Source of the DNA: Octopus sinensis | Taxonomy: Eukaryota | Direction: 5' to 3' | Length of the DNA: 64,000 bases | Assembly (NCBI RefSeq): GCF_006345805.1 | Contig: NC_043009.1 | Location: 47,554,001-47,618,000 of the forward strand | Part shown: one piece after another, positions 51,070 to 63,927 of the stretch | Position numbering within the stretch: the stretch's first letter is position 1 | Layout of the letters: every line of letters starts with the position of its first letter | Notes under the pieces: model-generated | What the model was told of the DNA's origin: nothing | Databases searched by the model: none | The model's input: only the letters and a program-made list of their open reading frames with translations | Translations under genes and position numbers: made by a program

Positions 51070-52520
51070 AATGTAAGTATTCTTGAACTTCTCAAGTATT
51101 TTTTTAAGAATATTTCCACCCAATCAAAGAAGATATATATCAAATGTCTGTCAGAGAAACTAGAGGGTGCAATAAAGAGGATTAGATGGAAAGCCTATGA
51201 AAATAAAAATCTCAAAGAAACACATGATAATGAATTTTCTTTCAAAATCCACAAAAGCCTTCATGCTAAGGTGTCACTCCATTTGATTAATAATTCCTTC
51301 TGGAAAAATACAGACAGAAGGTGATTCATTGTTTCATGTCACAGAGGATAGCTATGATAGAGCTGGAGTGTGTATGTAAGTAGTCTTGTGCATTGCAGCC
51401 TTCTTTGAGAAGATCTTGTCAAATGAATGGTCATCATTTAAACAAACACAGGAAGGGCTTGATAGAAACTTACAAAGAATTTAATTAAAAAATTACCAAC
51501 AGGACTAATATAATTGCTGTAAGCTTTCTCAAGGTAACTTAAGATTTAGACTAGTAGGTATCACCAACACTGAAACTTTAATGAAAATTGAATTACATTG
51601 GCAGTCACTTAGATACCTTCTTCCCTAGTTATTAAATATGTAATCAATATTACCAGAATGATGCTCAACATTTTTCATACAAATAGTACTTTAACAATGT
51701 AATAGAGCATTACATTTATGCATTAAAAGAGAGTGGACGGAGAAAAATAGAAATTGTATATCAAATCATTAAATATACACAAGAGAAAAGTTATAACAGA
51801 AAAATTATTTGGTTCAAAACATTCACTTTAGTTTAAGTATGTCCTCCAAGATAACTGCAAGTTTCCTATGCCTTAGATGCAAACGTTTCCTATACAGTTA
51901 TCCACTCATCCTTATCACAAATTCTTAAATAAAAATAATGTCAAAGTCAGTTACAGCTGTACTCTAAATCTGGTTACAAGCATAAGTAGGACCGATAACA
52001 AAAATTCCACACGTAGAAACAGTTTAAGTTCCACTAACCCTCGCCTCAATGCACATGTTGTAATATTAATGGTTTGTGTCTCACAAAGGCACTTGAATAC
52101 CATATAAAGGTGACTTGCATGGATGGTGCTGAAAAATGTTACATCATCCTCATTGAGAATACTTTGCATTTTTTTAACCCTTTCATTACCAACCCGGTTG
52201 AAACCGGCTCTGGCTCTGAGTACAAGTATCTTATTTTCATAAGTTTTAAATTAAAATCTTCCACCAAACTTTAGTCACAATTTAAGTTCCTAACACTAGC
52301 TGAATGATAACTAAGTTATTTTACTAAATTCTTTGTTATATTTAAAGTAATTGAAAGAAACACAGAGCATCTCAACATAAATACAATAGCAAAAGGGTTA
52401 AGGTATATTTATAAATAAAAAACCTTATTATCTGAATATGTCAGAGGATAGAAAGACATGCATAAAATTACAGGATCAATTGGTCAATCATCAAAAATGC
52501 TACATAGTATATTAATGATT
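51070..52520 (+). pseudogene. Penelope-like retroelement fossil (RT and GIY-YIG region)
   Basis: LSEKLEGAIKRIRWKAY, RKIIWF, HPYHKFLNKNNVKVSYSCTLN and CLTKALEYHIKVT...KCYI motifs in collinear order, with many stops and deletions. Confidence 0.8.
52178..52397. mobile_element. piggyBac-like MITE inserted in the Penelope fossil
   Basis: ttaa|ccctttcattac ... atagcaaaaggg|ttaa. Confidence 0.85.
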
Positions 52521-52661
52521 CTTATGTATGTAATAATCAAAGATCAATATTTTTAATGTTAAGGCAGTTTAATCTACTTTTTGTATGACATTCCATCATC
52601 TAAGCTGTTCACTGGATATCTCATGATGTTGGCAGTGCGACCCTATTTGCTTTATATATAA

Positions 52662-53130
52662 CTAGCTGGCCCCCATACCATCAAAAATGACGATTAATTG
52701 TAGTATTTTATAAATAAATATGATTGGTAAATCAAATTAATACACTTGTCAATGTTATCTAGTGGGTATCTTTTGAGATGTGACATTGATCATCGTTTGT
52801 TACTCAAAGAACGCTGGTTCACACATCCAAACGTTCACATCCTTCCCTTGTACACGCACACACATACACGCATATACTCACATAGAGTTGAAACGCTGTT
52901 TGATTTTTCTTTTCAGCATTGAATGTTCACCATCCCACTTCCATTGCACACACACACATACACACAAACATTCACATATTTCTCTTTGACATACACACAT
53001 AGTTGAAACGCTGTTGATTTTTTTCTCACCATAGAACTTCCATCATCTCACTACCAAATTTGCCATCACCCCTTCCTTCCTTATTCCTATGTTGCGACAG
53101 AGAAAAACACAAGAGTATTATTATAGTAGA
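52662..53130 (-). mobile_element. Non-autonomous Helitron-like element
   Basis: Minus strand starts a|tctactataataata and ends ...ccagCTAG|t. Confidence 0.65.
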
Positions 53131-53339
53131 TGCTTTCGCTTACATATTTTTACTTGTTGTACCTTTATGTATTTACATCCTCTTTTTGTTTTTCACATTC
53201 CTCACCATATACAGAGTTGCACCTTTGTAATAATGCACATTGATGATATTAAAAAAAAAATTCAAACAATTTCAAAGCTTATTTTTATTGCTTTTAGATT
53301 ATTGTCATTGTCACATGTCATTACCAATCAAATTTATCC

Positions 53340-53617
53340 CCATGCCAGTGCCACCTTGACTGGCTTCTGTGCTGGTGGCACGTAAAAAGCACCAACCGAT
53401 TGTGGCCACTGCCAGTCTCCCCTGGCACCTGTGCTGGTGGCACGTAAAAAGCACCCACTACACTCACGGAGTGGTTGGCGTTAGGAAGAGCATCCAGCTG
53501 TAGAAACACTGCCAGATCAGACTGGAGCCTGGTGCAGCCTCCTGGCTTCCCAGACCCCAGTTGAACCGTCCAACCCATGCAAGCACGGAAAACGAACGTT
53601 AAACGATGATGATGATG
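53340..53617 (+). mobile_element. RTE tail-derived retroposon
   Basis: Two gtggcacgtaaaaagcacc units and a (gat)n tail. Confidence 0.85.
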
Positions 53618-54653
53618 AAATCTTGAATATACAGACTCAAACATAGGCCCTCAGTTAGCAACAGATTTTTACTGTATGAATACTGGCACAGTAAAAATTT
53701 TAGTTGGGATAAATAACTAAACTTAGCTTGTAGTAAATATATAAAAGATGGATTATCACCATATTCTTCCTCCTCTTCAAGCTAGCATGGTTTGGACAGA
53801 ATTTATTGAAGCAGATTTTCTATGGCTGGATGCTCTTTCTATCACCAACACTGGCCTATTTCCAGGTAATGTAATATTTCCTCATGGCCAGACATGTTTT
53901 CACAGAATATTGGAATTAAATGACACTGCTTGTAAGACAGTGCCACTCATCTACTGTTGTCACATGATAGCAAGACAAAGACACACAAGCATACACATGC
54001 TTGCATCAACATATATGTATATATAAAAATAATCTGTTATTTTTAAATAACACTATGTTTAATATTTCATCTATTCATTTCTATGTTATATTTACTCATA
54101 GGTTTACTATCATTTTTATTATTCTTTTTCTCTTTCAGTCATGTCAGGCCACTTAAACAATGAGTTTGTCCACCATGTTCATTTACAACAAGTTCTAAAT
54201 GTCGAGTGAAATTTTCAATTGTAGATGTTTTCAGGCATGTCAAAATTAGTTGAAGATGCCAAAATACCATTTATTGTCAGAATTATGGCTATTGCAAAAT
54301 GTCAAAAGCTCTGTCTACATGCAAGAATGATGTGCTACTACATTAAGCCAGTACTATTAAGGAATTTTTGAGAATACAACAGCTTCGTCCTTCTTGTCAG
54401 TAACTGATAATTTCAGCCAACATTTAGAGATTGTTAATGTTGAACATGATGGCCAAATTCATCTAATAATGTAATTTTGAGAAATCCCTCAAGCTTTATA
54501 TTTTATTTAACTCGCAATAATTTTTTCGTTTTCGTGATATTATTTATTATGTGCCAAATTATTAAATGTTGCATTATCTTTGGTTCACTATAAGAGTGTG
54601 TTGTTGTGTGAAATTATTATTGCTGTTGTTGTTGTTGTTATTTTTATTATTAA

Positions 54654-54791
54654 GGTGGCAAGCAGGCAGAATCGTCAGCATTATAAAAAACAAAATGTTT
54701 AGCAGTATTTCGTTTGTCTTTATGTTCTGACAATAATTCCACCAAGGTTGACTTTACCTTTCATCCTTTCAGGGTTGATAAAATAAATACC

Positions 54792-54854
<63 letters not shown>

Positions 54855-55340
54855 TATTTCTTTATTGCCCACGAGGGGCTAAACATAGTGAGGACAAACA
54901 AGGAGAGACAAAGGGAGTAAATTGATTACACTGACCCCAGTGTGTAACTGGTACTTATTTAATCGACCCCAAAAGGATGAAAGGCAAAGTCAACCTCGGC
55001 GGAATTTGAACTCAGAACATAGTGGCAAAAGAAATAATGCTAAGCATTTCACCCAGCGTGCTAACGATTCTGCCAATCATCATAACCATTACCATCATCA
55101 TCATTATTATTATTTGTAGTAGTAAGGTGGTCAACCAGTAGAATCATTAGGGCATCAGACAAAATGCTTAATAACAATCTTCCGGCTTTTTACATTCTGA
55201 GCTCAAATCCAGTCAAGGTTGACTTTGTTTTTCATCCTTCCTGGGTTTATACAGTAAAGTATCAGTTAAATACTGGGTTTGATGTAATCAGCTAACTCCC
55301 ACTCCTAAAAACTGTTGGCTTTGTGCCAAAATTAAAAATA
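54654..55340. mobile_element. Three SINE family B copies (+ 54654-54793, - 54853-55075, + 55125-55340)
   Basis: Family B central domain in alternating orientation. Confidence 0.85.
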
Positions 55341-55351
55341 ATTATTATTTG

Positions 55352-55739
55352 GCTTGGAAGCACTCCGTCGGTTACGACGATGAGGGTTCCGGTTGATCCG
55401 AATCAACGGAACAGCCTGCTCGTGAAATTAATGTGTAAGTGGCTGAGCACTCCACAGACACGTGCACGCCTAACGTAGTTCTCGGGTATATTCAGTGTGA
55501 CACAGAGAGTGACAAGGCCGGCCCCTTGAAATACAGGTACAACAGAAACAGGAAGTAAGAGTGAGAGAAAGTTGTGGTGAACGAGTACAGCAGGGATCAC
55601 CACATCCCCTGCCGGAGCCTCGTGGAGCTTTTAGGTGTTTTCGCTCAATAAACACTCACAACGCCCGGGCTGGGAATCGAAACCGCGATCCTATGACCGC
55701 GAGTCCGCTGCCCTAACCACTGGGCCATTGCGCCTCCAC
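55352..55739 (-). mobile_element. Young CpG-rich tRNA-derived SINE
   Basis: Minus strand gtggaggcgcaatggcccagtggttagggcagcggactcgcggtcataggatcgcggtttcgattccc; flanked by ataattattat repeats. Confidence 0.9.
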
Positions 55740-55779
55740 ATAATTATTATTATTACTATTGTTATTAATTTTATAATGA

Positions 55780-56077
55780 GGATGCATGGCCTAGTTGCTA
55801 GGGTGTTGCATTCATGACCATAAGATTATGGTTTCAATTCCTAGACTGGCTGGATGCATTGTGCTCTTGAGCAAAACACTTCATCCCAAGCTACCCTGAG
55901 ATCTCTTCAACCCCTGATACATGGTACATTGTGCACCTATCCAGGCAACATCAATTTGATGGAAGAAGGGAGCTAATGTACAGCACATACATTTACTCAC
56001 AATAAACAAATCCTTTGTGCAGGTCACTCAGCAAAAGCTGAACATACATATGCCGTCTTTGACGAGAGGGTCCGTCA
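55780..56077 (+). mobile_element. Older tRNA-derived SINE
   Basis: gcatggcctagttgctagggtgttg...ggtttcaattcc...ttgtgctcttgagcaaaacac. Confidence 0.75.
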
Positions 56078-56375
56078 TTATTCTTATTGAAACTGACTTC
56101 AAAGTTTCACCAGTAGTTGGCATCTGGATTGGCTTCTGTTGATATTGTTTTTAAAAGATGGGTTTTTCAATGCACGGTTAAGTTTGGTACATGATAGTAA
56201 AGGTCCAACCAGAGAAGTCAATAATATCTGATCACTGTCAAAAGTTTATTCATAACATCTGACTCAACACTTAAAGTGAATAATTTTTTTCAGTTGATAA
56301 TCATGGTTTTTTTATTCTATATTTTATAACTGGAAAGACATCATTTAACAATATATATACGTCAACATCTATGTA

Positions 56376-56413
<38 letters not shown>

Positions 56414-56845
56414 TTTCTATGCATATATACATGATTTCGTATGGATGGATGCCCTTCTTGTTGTCGACCCTCACCCGTTTCCTAAAAGTTATATTTACTC
56501 ATGGCCAGACACACTTTTTCATGGAAGACTGGAAGCAATAAATATCACTTGTATGACAGCGATAGTCATTTACAACCATCATATGATGTCTAAAGAAGTG
56601 TACACACACACACACACATATACATACACACAGTGGTATAAGAGTCTATATTTGTGGGAAAAATGTATAAGAATGACTTTTCTGATGATTTTTTTTTCCA
56701 CTTTAATGACGTGATGTTTACAAAGTGTATTGTCTATGAATTGTAAAGAGACAATTTCTAGACATCTATTCATTAAAGTGGAAAAATTATAAGAAAAGTC
56801 ATTCTTATTCATTTTTTTAAATGCAAACACAGACACAGACACACA

Positions 56846-58140
56846 CATCATCATCATCATCATAATTTAATGTCCATGCTGGTATAGGTTGGATGGTTTG
56901 ACCAGGGCTGGCACGCGGGAAGGCTGCACCAGACTTCAGTCAGATTTGCCTCCGTGAGGCCCAATGCTTGAAATATACTTTTTACATGCCACTAGCATGG
57001 GTGCTGGTTATGTGACACCAGCCATGACTATGATTTCACTTGACTTGATGGGCTTTCTCAAGCACAGTACATCACAAAAGGTCTCGGTCATTAGTCATTG
57101 CCTCTGTGAAACCCAAAATTCGAAGATCATGCTTCACCACTTCGTCCTATGTCTTCTGGGTCTACATCTACCATAAGTTAACTCCACGGTAGGAGATCAG
57201 TACTTCTTTACACAGCTGTCCTTGTCCATATGCATCACATGACCATACCAGTGCAATCGTCTCTCTTGCACACCACATCTGATGCCTCTTATGCCCAACT
57301 TTTCTATCAAGATGCTTACACTCTTTCAAACATGCACACTGACATTGCACCTCCAGTGAAGCATACTGGTTTCATTTCTTTCAAACCTATGCATGTACTT
57401 GGCTGTCACAGCCCATGTTTCATTGCCATGTAGCATAGCTGTTTGCACACAGGCATCACACAATCTGCTTTTCCCTCTGAGAGAAAGACCCTTTGTTACC
57501 AGCAGAGGTAAAAGCTCTTTGAACTTTGCCCAGCCTATTCTTATTCTCACAGCTAGACTCTCGGAGCATCTAACTCCGCTACTAACTTGGTCACCTAGAT
57601 AACAAAAGCTATCTACTACCTCTAGCTTACCCCCACCACCCGGCAGCTGATGGAATTTATTTCCTGTACATTTTCGATGTTTATCGCACCTGTGCATCTT
57701 CCCTGTTTACCTTCCTTTGATATTGCTGCACCTTTTATGTGTCCAAAGCTTTCACTGGGTGCATCTTATGGAGTTTCTACCTATGCCTTTTCTACAGATT
57801 GAGCAGGGCCATCCACCTGAAAGGATTTCTGATTTGTCTGTCTTCCTACTTATTAAGATTTTGGGTTTTGTTAGGTTAACTCTAAGATCATTTGATTCTA
57901 GACCTTGCTTTCATACCTGGAACTTCTCTAGTTCTGGTAGTGATTCAGCTACAAGAACAAGGTCATCAGCATAAAGTAGATCCCAGGAGCAGCCTGTTTT
58001 AAATTCTTCTGTTATTACCTGGAGGACTATGATGAACAAGAGGGGAGTTGAGGACCGATCCTTGGTGAATCCCTATGTGTACCCTGAATTCTTTGCTGTA
58101 CTTGTTGCCAATCTTCACCATATTCATGCATCCATTTTTT
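56846..58140 (-). pseudogene. RTE-clade LINE, 5'-truncated, RT domain to 3' tail
   Basis: GIHQGSVL..PL, EFKTGCSWDLLYADDL (YADD 57962-57973), LEVVDSFCYLGD...RIRIGWAKFKELLPLL...MLHGNETW; ends in the shared (gat)n tail. Confidence 0.9.
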
Positions 58141-58158
58141 TCGGGCAAAATAACATTG

Positions 58159-58196
<38 letters not shown>

Positions 58197-58257
58197 GTAC
58201 ACACATACACATACATGTGTGTAAATATATATACATATATATGTATATTCAATATTT

Positions 58258-58675
58258 TATGTGCTTCAGTATTTGCCTGCAGCCATGCTAGAGCACCACC
58301 TTTAGTCAAACAAGTCGACTCCAGGACTTATTCTTTGTAAGTCTAGTACTTATTCAATCAGTCTCTTTAGCCAAACCATTAAGTTATGGGGATGTAAACA
58401 CACCAACAACGGTGTCAAGCAATGGTGGTGGTGGTGGGTAAACACAGAAACACAAATACATACATACATGCATACATACATACATGCATACATACATATA
58501 TATATACATATGACAAGCTTCTTTCAGTTTCTGTCTACCAAATCCAACTTACAAGGCTTTGGTTGGCCTGAAGCTATGGTAGAAGACACTTGCCCATGGT
58601 GCCACACAGGGGGACTAAACCCAGAACCATGTGGGTGGGAAGCAAGCTTCTTACCACACAGCCACTCCTGCACCT
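58258..58675 (-). mobile_element. SINE family A
   Basis: Reverse-complement family A motifs. Confidence 0.85.
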
Positions 58676-58774
58676 ATACATATATATGTATGTATGTGTG
58701 TGTGTGTGTGTATACATACATACACACATGTATATTTATATATATATATATACATACGTACATACATACATATA

Positions 58775-58816
<42 letters not shown>

Positions 58817-59827
58817 CACATATATATATATATATACATATACATATACATATACATACACACACACATATATGAATATATCTCCTGTCTAGATTAGCTA
58901 TTATTACCATCATATTCTGTCTACAAAGAAATTGTGTTGTTTTAAAAGTATTTATTAGTCACAGAAGGAACTAGCTTATTATTGAGATATTTCCTATCAA
59001 CTGTTACCAACATGGCACTTTCACCAATTTAAAGGACTGCGAGGTACATGTTTTGACTCAGACACTAATTTAACAATGAGTAGTTTTTGCTCAGAGTCCA
59101 GGAAGATTAATTAATTAATATTTTCTTTCCTCATTGACATAAATCATATAAACTCTTCATATAGCTTTGAATAATCTACTACAACATTATTTTTCCATTA
59201 GCTTTTTTTCTCCTCTATGATATTCTGTTTTCTTTTGAGCTCTTCCCTTCCCACACACCTCCAATAATTATCATTTATTTTTATGGCTATTCCGAGTGAC
59301 TCTGTGGTAGTTTAGTTACAACACATGCTGTTAGGATTAGTTAAATACCATTCATATTCAATTTGGAAGATCTAATTGCTAACATAACGAGCAAGTTCTT
59401 TCATTATGCCCATATTAATATGTAGATTTGTTAGATTAAGTGCTTAGTATGAAGGGTTGCTGAAATCTGTGAGTAAATGAGGTTATGATTAGATATTTTT
59501 ATGTATCAATTTAGCTTTCAACCATTGGCTCCTGCATTTGAATAATTTATAAGTACTATATTCTCTCATCTAATGAATAAATTATATCCTCATTCATCAT
59601 CAGATTATGTCTGCTTTTCATGCCACCATGGGTTGGACAGTTGAGTCAGTACTTGCTTGATATTATTACCAGTCTAGATAGGCTGGGAATAATATCACAC
59701 CTGGAATGGTGTCTATGGTTAAGTTCCTTTCCTGACACCAAACACTTTATGGAATATACTAGATGTATTTTATTCTGGTGCTAGCATCAAAGAATTTGTC
59801 ATCTCCTCTGCAAGACTAAAGACCCAC

Positions 59828-60064
59828 TTTAATTCTGCATTGTCTTTGTTCATTTGTCCCCTTTTAATTCTGCATGGTCTTTGTTCATTTGTCCCCTTTT
59901 AGTTCTGCAATGTCTTTGTTCATATGTCCCCTTTTATTTCTGCAATGTCTTTGTTCATTTGTCCCCTTTTAATTTTGCATTGTCATTGTTCCTTTGTTCC
60001 CTTTTAACTCTGCATTGTCATTGTTCCTTTGTCCCCTTTTAATTCTGCATTGCCATTGTTCATT
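59828..60064. repeat. 35-bp minisatellite, ~6.7 copies
   Basis: Unit tttaattctgcattgtctttgttcatttgtcccct recurring at 35-bp period (59831, 59866, 59901...60041). Confidence 0.95.
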
Positions 60065-60279
60065 TTTAAAGTATCTTATAAAATGTAGTGGATATGATTT
60101 TTCATAGCACCAACATCAGTGAGGTTGTCTTGCTCCTTGCGAGTCTAAAGAGTTCTTACTACTCTGCATTGTCTCCATTCATTCAAGATGTGACTGATGG
60201 GATAAATAGAAGGTGAGTGATGACAAAAAGAAAACTATGGTAAGAAAATGAAAGAAGAGAAAGTATAGTGCAAGAAACA

Positions 60280-61010
60280 GAGTGATATGCATCATACCAG
60301 TGCAGTCTACTCTCTTGCACATTACACCTGATTCTTTTTGTATCCAGCTTTTCCTTGAGCATACATGTGCTGCCATTCATACACATTAACATTACATATC
60401 CAGCAGAGCATGGTCACTTTATTTTTCTTTAAATTTTTGCAAATATTCTGCACTCAGAACTCACATTTCTACCACACAGCATTGTGCTTTATACACAAGC
60501 ATTATACAGTCTGCTCTTTACTGCAAGAGAGAAATCCGTGATAATTAGTAGAATGCCTGGTAAGTTTCTTTGGAAGTGTTCAATAGCTTTTGTAACTTAG
60601 TTCAATAAGCAGTGGTGGTAAGTGTCCAAAAAGTGTAATAGCTAGAATTAGAATAGACTGGAAAAGTTAAGGTTAGATATAATCATCATCATCATCATCA
60701 TTTAATGCCCGCTTTAAACGATGATGGTGATGAGGATTATATCTAACCTTAAATTTTCCAGTCTATTCTAATTCTAGCTATTACACTTTTTGGACACTTA
60801 CCGCCACTGCTTATAAAACTAAGTCACAAAAGCTATTGAACACTTCCAAAGAAACTTACCAGACAATTAAAAGAATCTATTTTACATGTATTCTTACTGA
60901 AACCTGCTCATATACATCTGCCTAATAAAAAGCCTATCTTTTCTCTTTGCCTGTTTGTGCTCCCACTACACTTTTTGTGCATCCATAGTTTACACTACAT
61001 GCACCGAATG
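60280..61010 (-). pseudogene. Degraded RTE ORF remnant containing an inverted duplication
   Basis: Minus strand of ~60750-60855 reads LEVFNSFCDL..ISSGGKCPKSVIARIRIDW, homologous to the RTE at 57.5 kb. Confidence 0.7.
60557..60862. repeat. Palindrome (~149-bp arms) centred on a retroposon tail remnant
   Basis: ctggtaagtttctttggaagtg...gttagatataatc(atc)n | tttaatgcccgctttaaac | gatgatg..gattatatctaac...cacttccaaagaaacttaccag. Confidence 0.95.
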
Positions 61011-61107
61011 GAATATATATTTACTCCTTTTATGCAAATCTAGCAAGGTCTAGTCTACTGTCTGACTCACTTATAGACTGAGACAAGTAAAAGATAAAAG
61101 ATAAAAG

Positions 61108-61481
61108 GTGCAGGAGTGGCTGTATGGTAAGTAGATCGCTTACCAACCACATGGTTCCGGTTTCAGTCCCACTGTGTGGCAACTTGGGCAGGTGTCTTCT
61201 ACTATAGCCTCAGGCTAACCAAAGCCTTTGGCAGATGGTAACTGAAAGAAGCCTGTTGTATATATATATATATGTATGTATGTATGTGTGTCCCCCATCA
61301 TTGCTTGACAACCATTGTTGGTGTGTTTACATTGCTGTAACTTAGTGGTTCGGCAAAAGAGACTGATAGAATAAGTACTAGGCTTACAAAGAATAAGTCC
61401 TGTGGTCAATTTGGTTGACTAAAGGCAGTGCTCCAGCATGGCCACAGTCAAATGACTGAAACAGACAAAAGAATAAAAGAA
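61108..61481 (+). mobile_element. SINE family A
   Basis: Head ggtgcaggagtggctgtatggtaag and (taaaagaa) tail. Confidence 0.9.
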
Positions 61482-61547
61482 TGTGAGTTATTGTCTCTAT
61501 GTGTTGACATCATGTGATATTTATAAACAAGTGTCACAAGGAAATAT

Positions 61548-61762
61548 CCTTTTCTACTCCAGAGCACAAGGCCCAAAATTTTGGAGGAGGGGGCCCAGTC
61601 AATTAGATCAATCCCAGTATGCAATTGGTACTTAATTTATCGACCCCGAAAGAACAAAAGGCAAAGTTGACCTCAGCGGAATTTGAACTCAGAATGTAAA
61701 GCAGATGAAATGCCGCTGAGTATTTCGCCCGGCATGCTAACATTTCTGCCAGCTCACCACCT
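61548..61762 (-). mobile_element. SINE family B
   Basis: TSD tgtcacaaggaaatat flanks the element. Confidence 0.9.
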
Positions 61763-62301
61763 TGTCACAAGGAAATATTACCTCACCTGTTTCTAGGTGA
61801 AGATTCATAACAGGAAGGGCATTTTGCTGTAGAATAGCCACATCAACAAATTCATCTGACCCATGCAATTATCGAAAAAAATGACGTTAAAATGATGATG
61901 ATGATGTTAAGTGCCAGTATATTTCATGTCTATTTTGCCTGTGATGAATTTCTTTTTGTATTTTGCTATTTGTAAAGTTTCCACGATTACTCTCATTTCT
62001 TCTTTTTTGTGGATTTCTATATAAAATAATAATGTTGACATTTAATGTTTGTCTTTCCAATAGCAGTTCATGTACTGCATTATAATGAGTTGCAACGGCT
62101 CTGTGTCATAAATGCATAGTCATCCAATAAGAAAATGTCATGCCTCTGAGTTCACTGTAAAAATCTGTCCCAATTTTCACGTTTATATCAAAATTTGTAC
62201 ATTACATTGGTTGTGTGAAGTACATCATGTGGTTTGTTCTTTTATTTCTTAGTGTTAATGAAGTATTATTCTTGCAGTAATGTATTGTATTCTATAAAGT
62301 A

Positions 62302-62695
62302 GTGAGCTGACAGAAACGTAAGCATGCCGGGTGAAATGCTGAGCGGTATTTCATCTGCTGCTACGTTCTGAGTTCAAATTCCGCTGAGGTCGACTTTGCC
62401 TTTCATCTTTTCGGGGTCGATTAAATAAGTACCAGTTATGCACTGGGGTCGATATAATTGACTTAATCCATTTGTCTGTCCTCGTTTATCCTCTCTGTGT
62501 TTAGCCCCTTGTGGGTAGTAAAGAAATAGGTATTTCATCTATCTTTATATTCTGAGTTCAAATTCTGCCAAGGTTGGCTTTGCCTTTCATGCTTTTGGGG
62601 TCGATAAATTAAGTACCAGTTGCATACTGGGGTCAATCTAATTGACTGGCCTCCTCCCCCAAAATTTCAGGTCTTGTGCCTAGAGTAAAATAGAA
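62302..62695 (+). mobile_element. SINE family B, dimeric copy
   Basis: Two tandem central units; a flanking aatgtatt.tattctat duplication. Confidence 0.9.
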
Positions 62696-63436
62696 TGTAT
62701 TATATTCTATTTAAGAGTTTGTGCACAGGAATGGTTAAAATAGTGTTCTGTTTTATGAAACTTTTTAAAAGACTTAGTTATACATTTTGCAACCAGAGTG
62801 TTATTTTAATCTATAAGCACAAAATATTTGTGGCTGGTATATTTTTAGTGGTTGCTGCATAAGTTATATCAATAGAAGTTGAATTTGTTCTTGTATTATT
62901 CTCTATCTGATATCAAATCCCTTCAGAGATGAGCTTTTAAATTTTCATCTGCTCAATAAGCTATTGATAACGAAATCCCATGCATGAAACAAACATTAGT
63001 TAATAATGGGTATCCTGATAGATTAACAGATTAGGCCATAGCATCAACATTGCCATTTTCTCTTCAGCATAAATAATCATTAATAGTATTCTAAGGACTA
63101 ATGTACTTGGTCATAAAACTTATCTTCAAAATTGGCCTTGTGCACAGTAAAAAAAAAAAATCAATATTTTTTTTCTTATAAAGGCACTTTCTTTAATTAA
63201 ATCATTTTGACATGATTTTTAAATCAATATCTCATGTCTAATATTTCAGTAGTAGAAGGTGATATAAGTAGCATTTTTCTATTGAGATAAATGTAAAATA
63301 TGTTTCTCATTAAAATCCTCTTAGTTCGATGTCTTTTTTTTTTTTTCTTTTCTCACAACCTATTTTAAAGAAGTGGTTGAAATGTGTGTGGCTCTCTAAA
63401 GCTAATCTGTAACCTGGTTTAACACCGCCACCTTAC

Positions 63437-63560
63437 CCTTTGGTGCATTTAGCGGAGTAAGAATTTGGGCCAGATCTCCATTCCAAGTATAGCTTTCTCC
63501 CTTCCGCTTAACATTGAAGTCTTTGAAAAAGGGGCAGAGGAGCTGTCCTTTCCTTGCTGA
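63437..63560 (-). CDS. Candidate internal coding exon of an unidentified gene (SARKGQLLCPFFKDFNVKRKGESYTWNGDLAQILTPLNAPK)
   Basis: U-rich tract + cacatag acceptor, AAGG|gtaagg donor, only one open frame, locally higher GC, non-repetitive. Confidence 0.65.
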
Positions 63561-63629
63561 CTATGTGATATAAAAATAATTAAAAAATTTATTTTTTTTT
63601 AATGAAAATAGATGTCAGATGGAGATCTT

Positions 63630-63927
63630 TATCCTCTATCTTTTACTTGTTTCAGTCACTGGATTGCAGCCAAGCTGGAGCACCACACTCAAAGGTTTAG
63701 TTGAACAAATTGAAACCGGTACTTAATTTTTCTTTTTTTAAAGTCTGGTGCTTATTTTCATCAATCTCTTTTGCCAAATGCTAGGTTATCGGGACATAAA
63801 CAAACCAGCACTGGTTGTCAAGTTGTGGGACACAGACACATGCACACAATAGTTTTCTTTAAATTTCCATCAACCAAATCCACTCACAAGGCTTTGGTCA
63901 ACTCAAAACTATAGGAGACGACACTTA
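63630..63927 (-). mobile_element. SINE family A, 3' part
   Basis: ttttacttgtttcagtca...aaatccactcacaaggctttggtc. Confidence 0.8.

Noticed and set aside
59828-60064. CRISPR-like periodicity (35 bp)
   Set aside because: Head-to-tail repeats with no unique spacers, in eukaryotic DNA with no cas genes.
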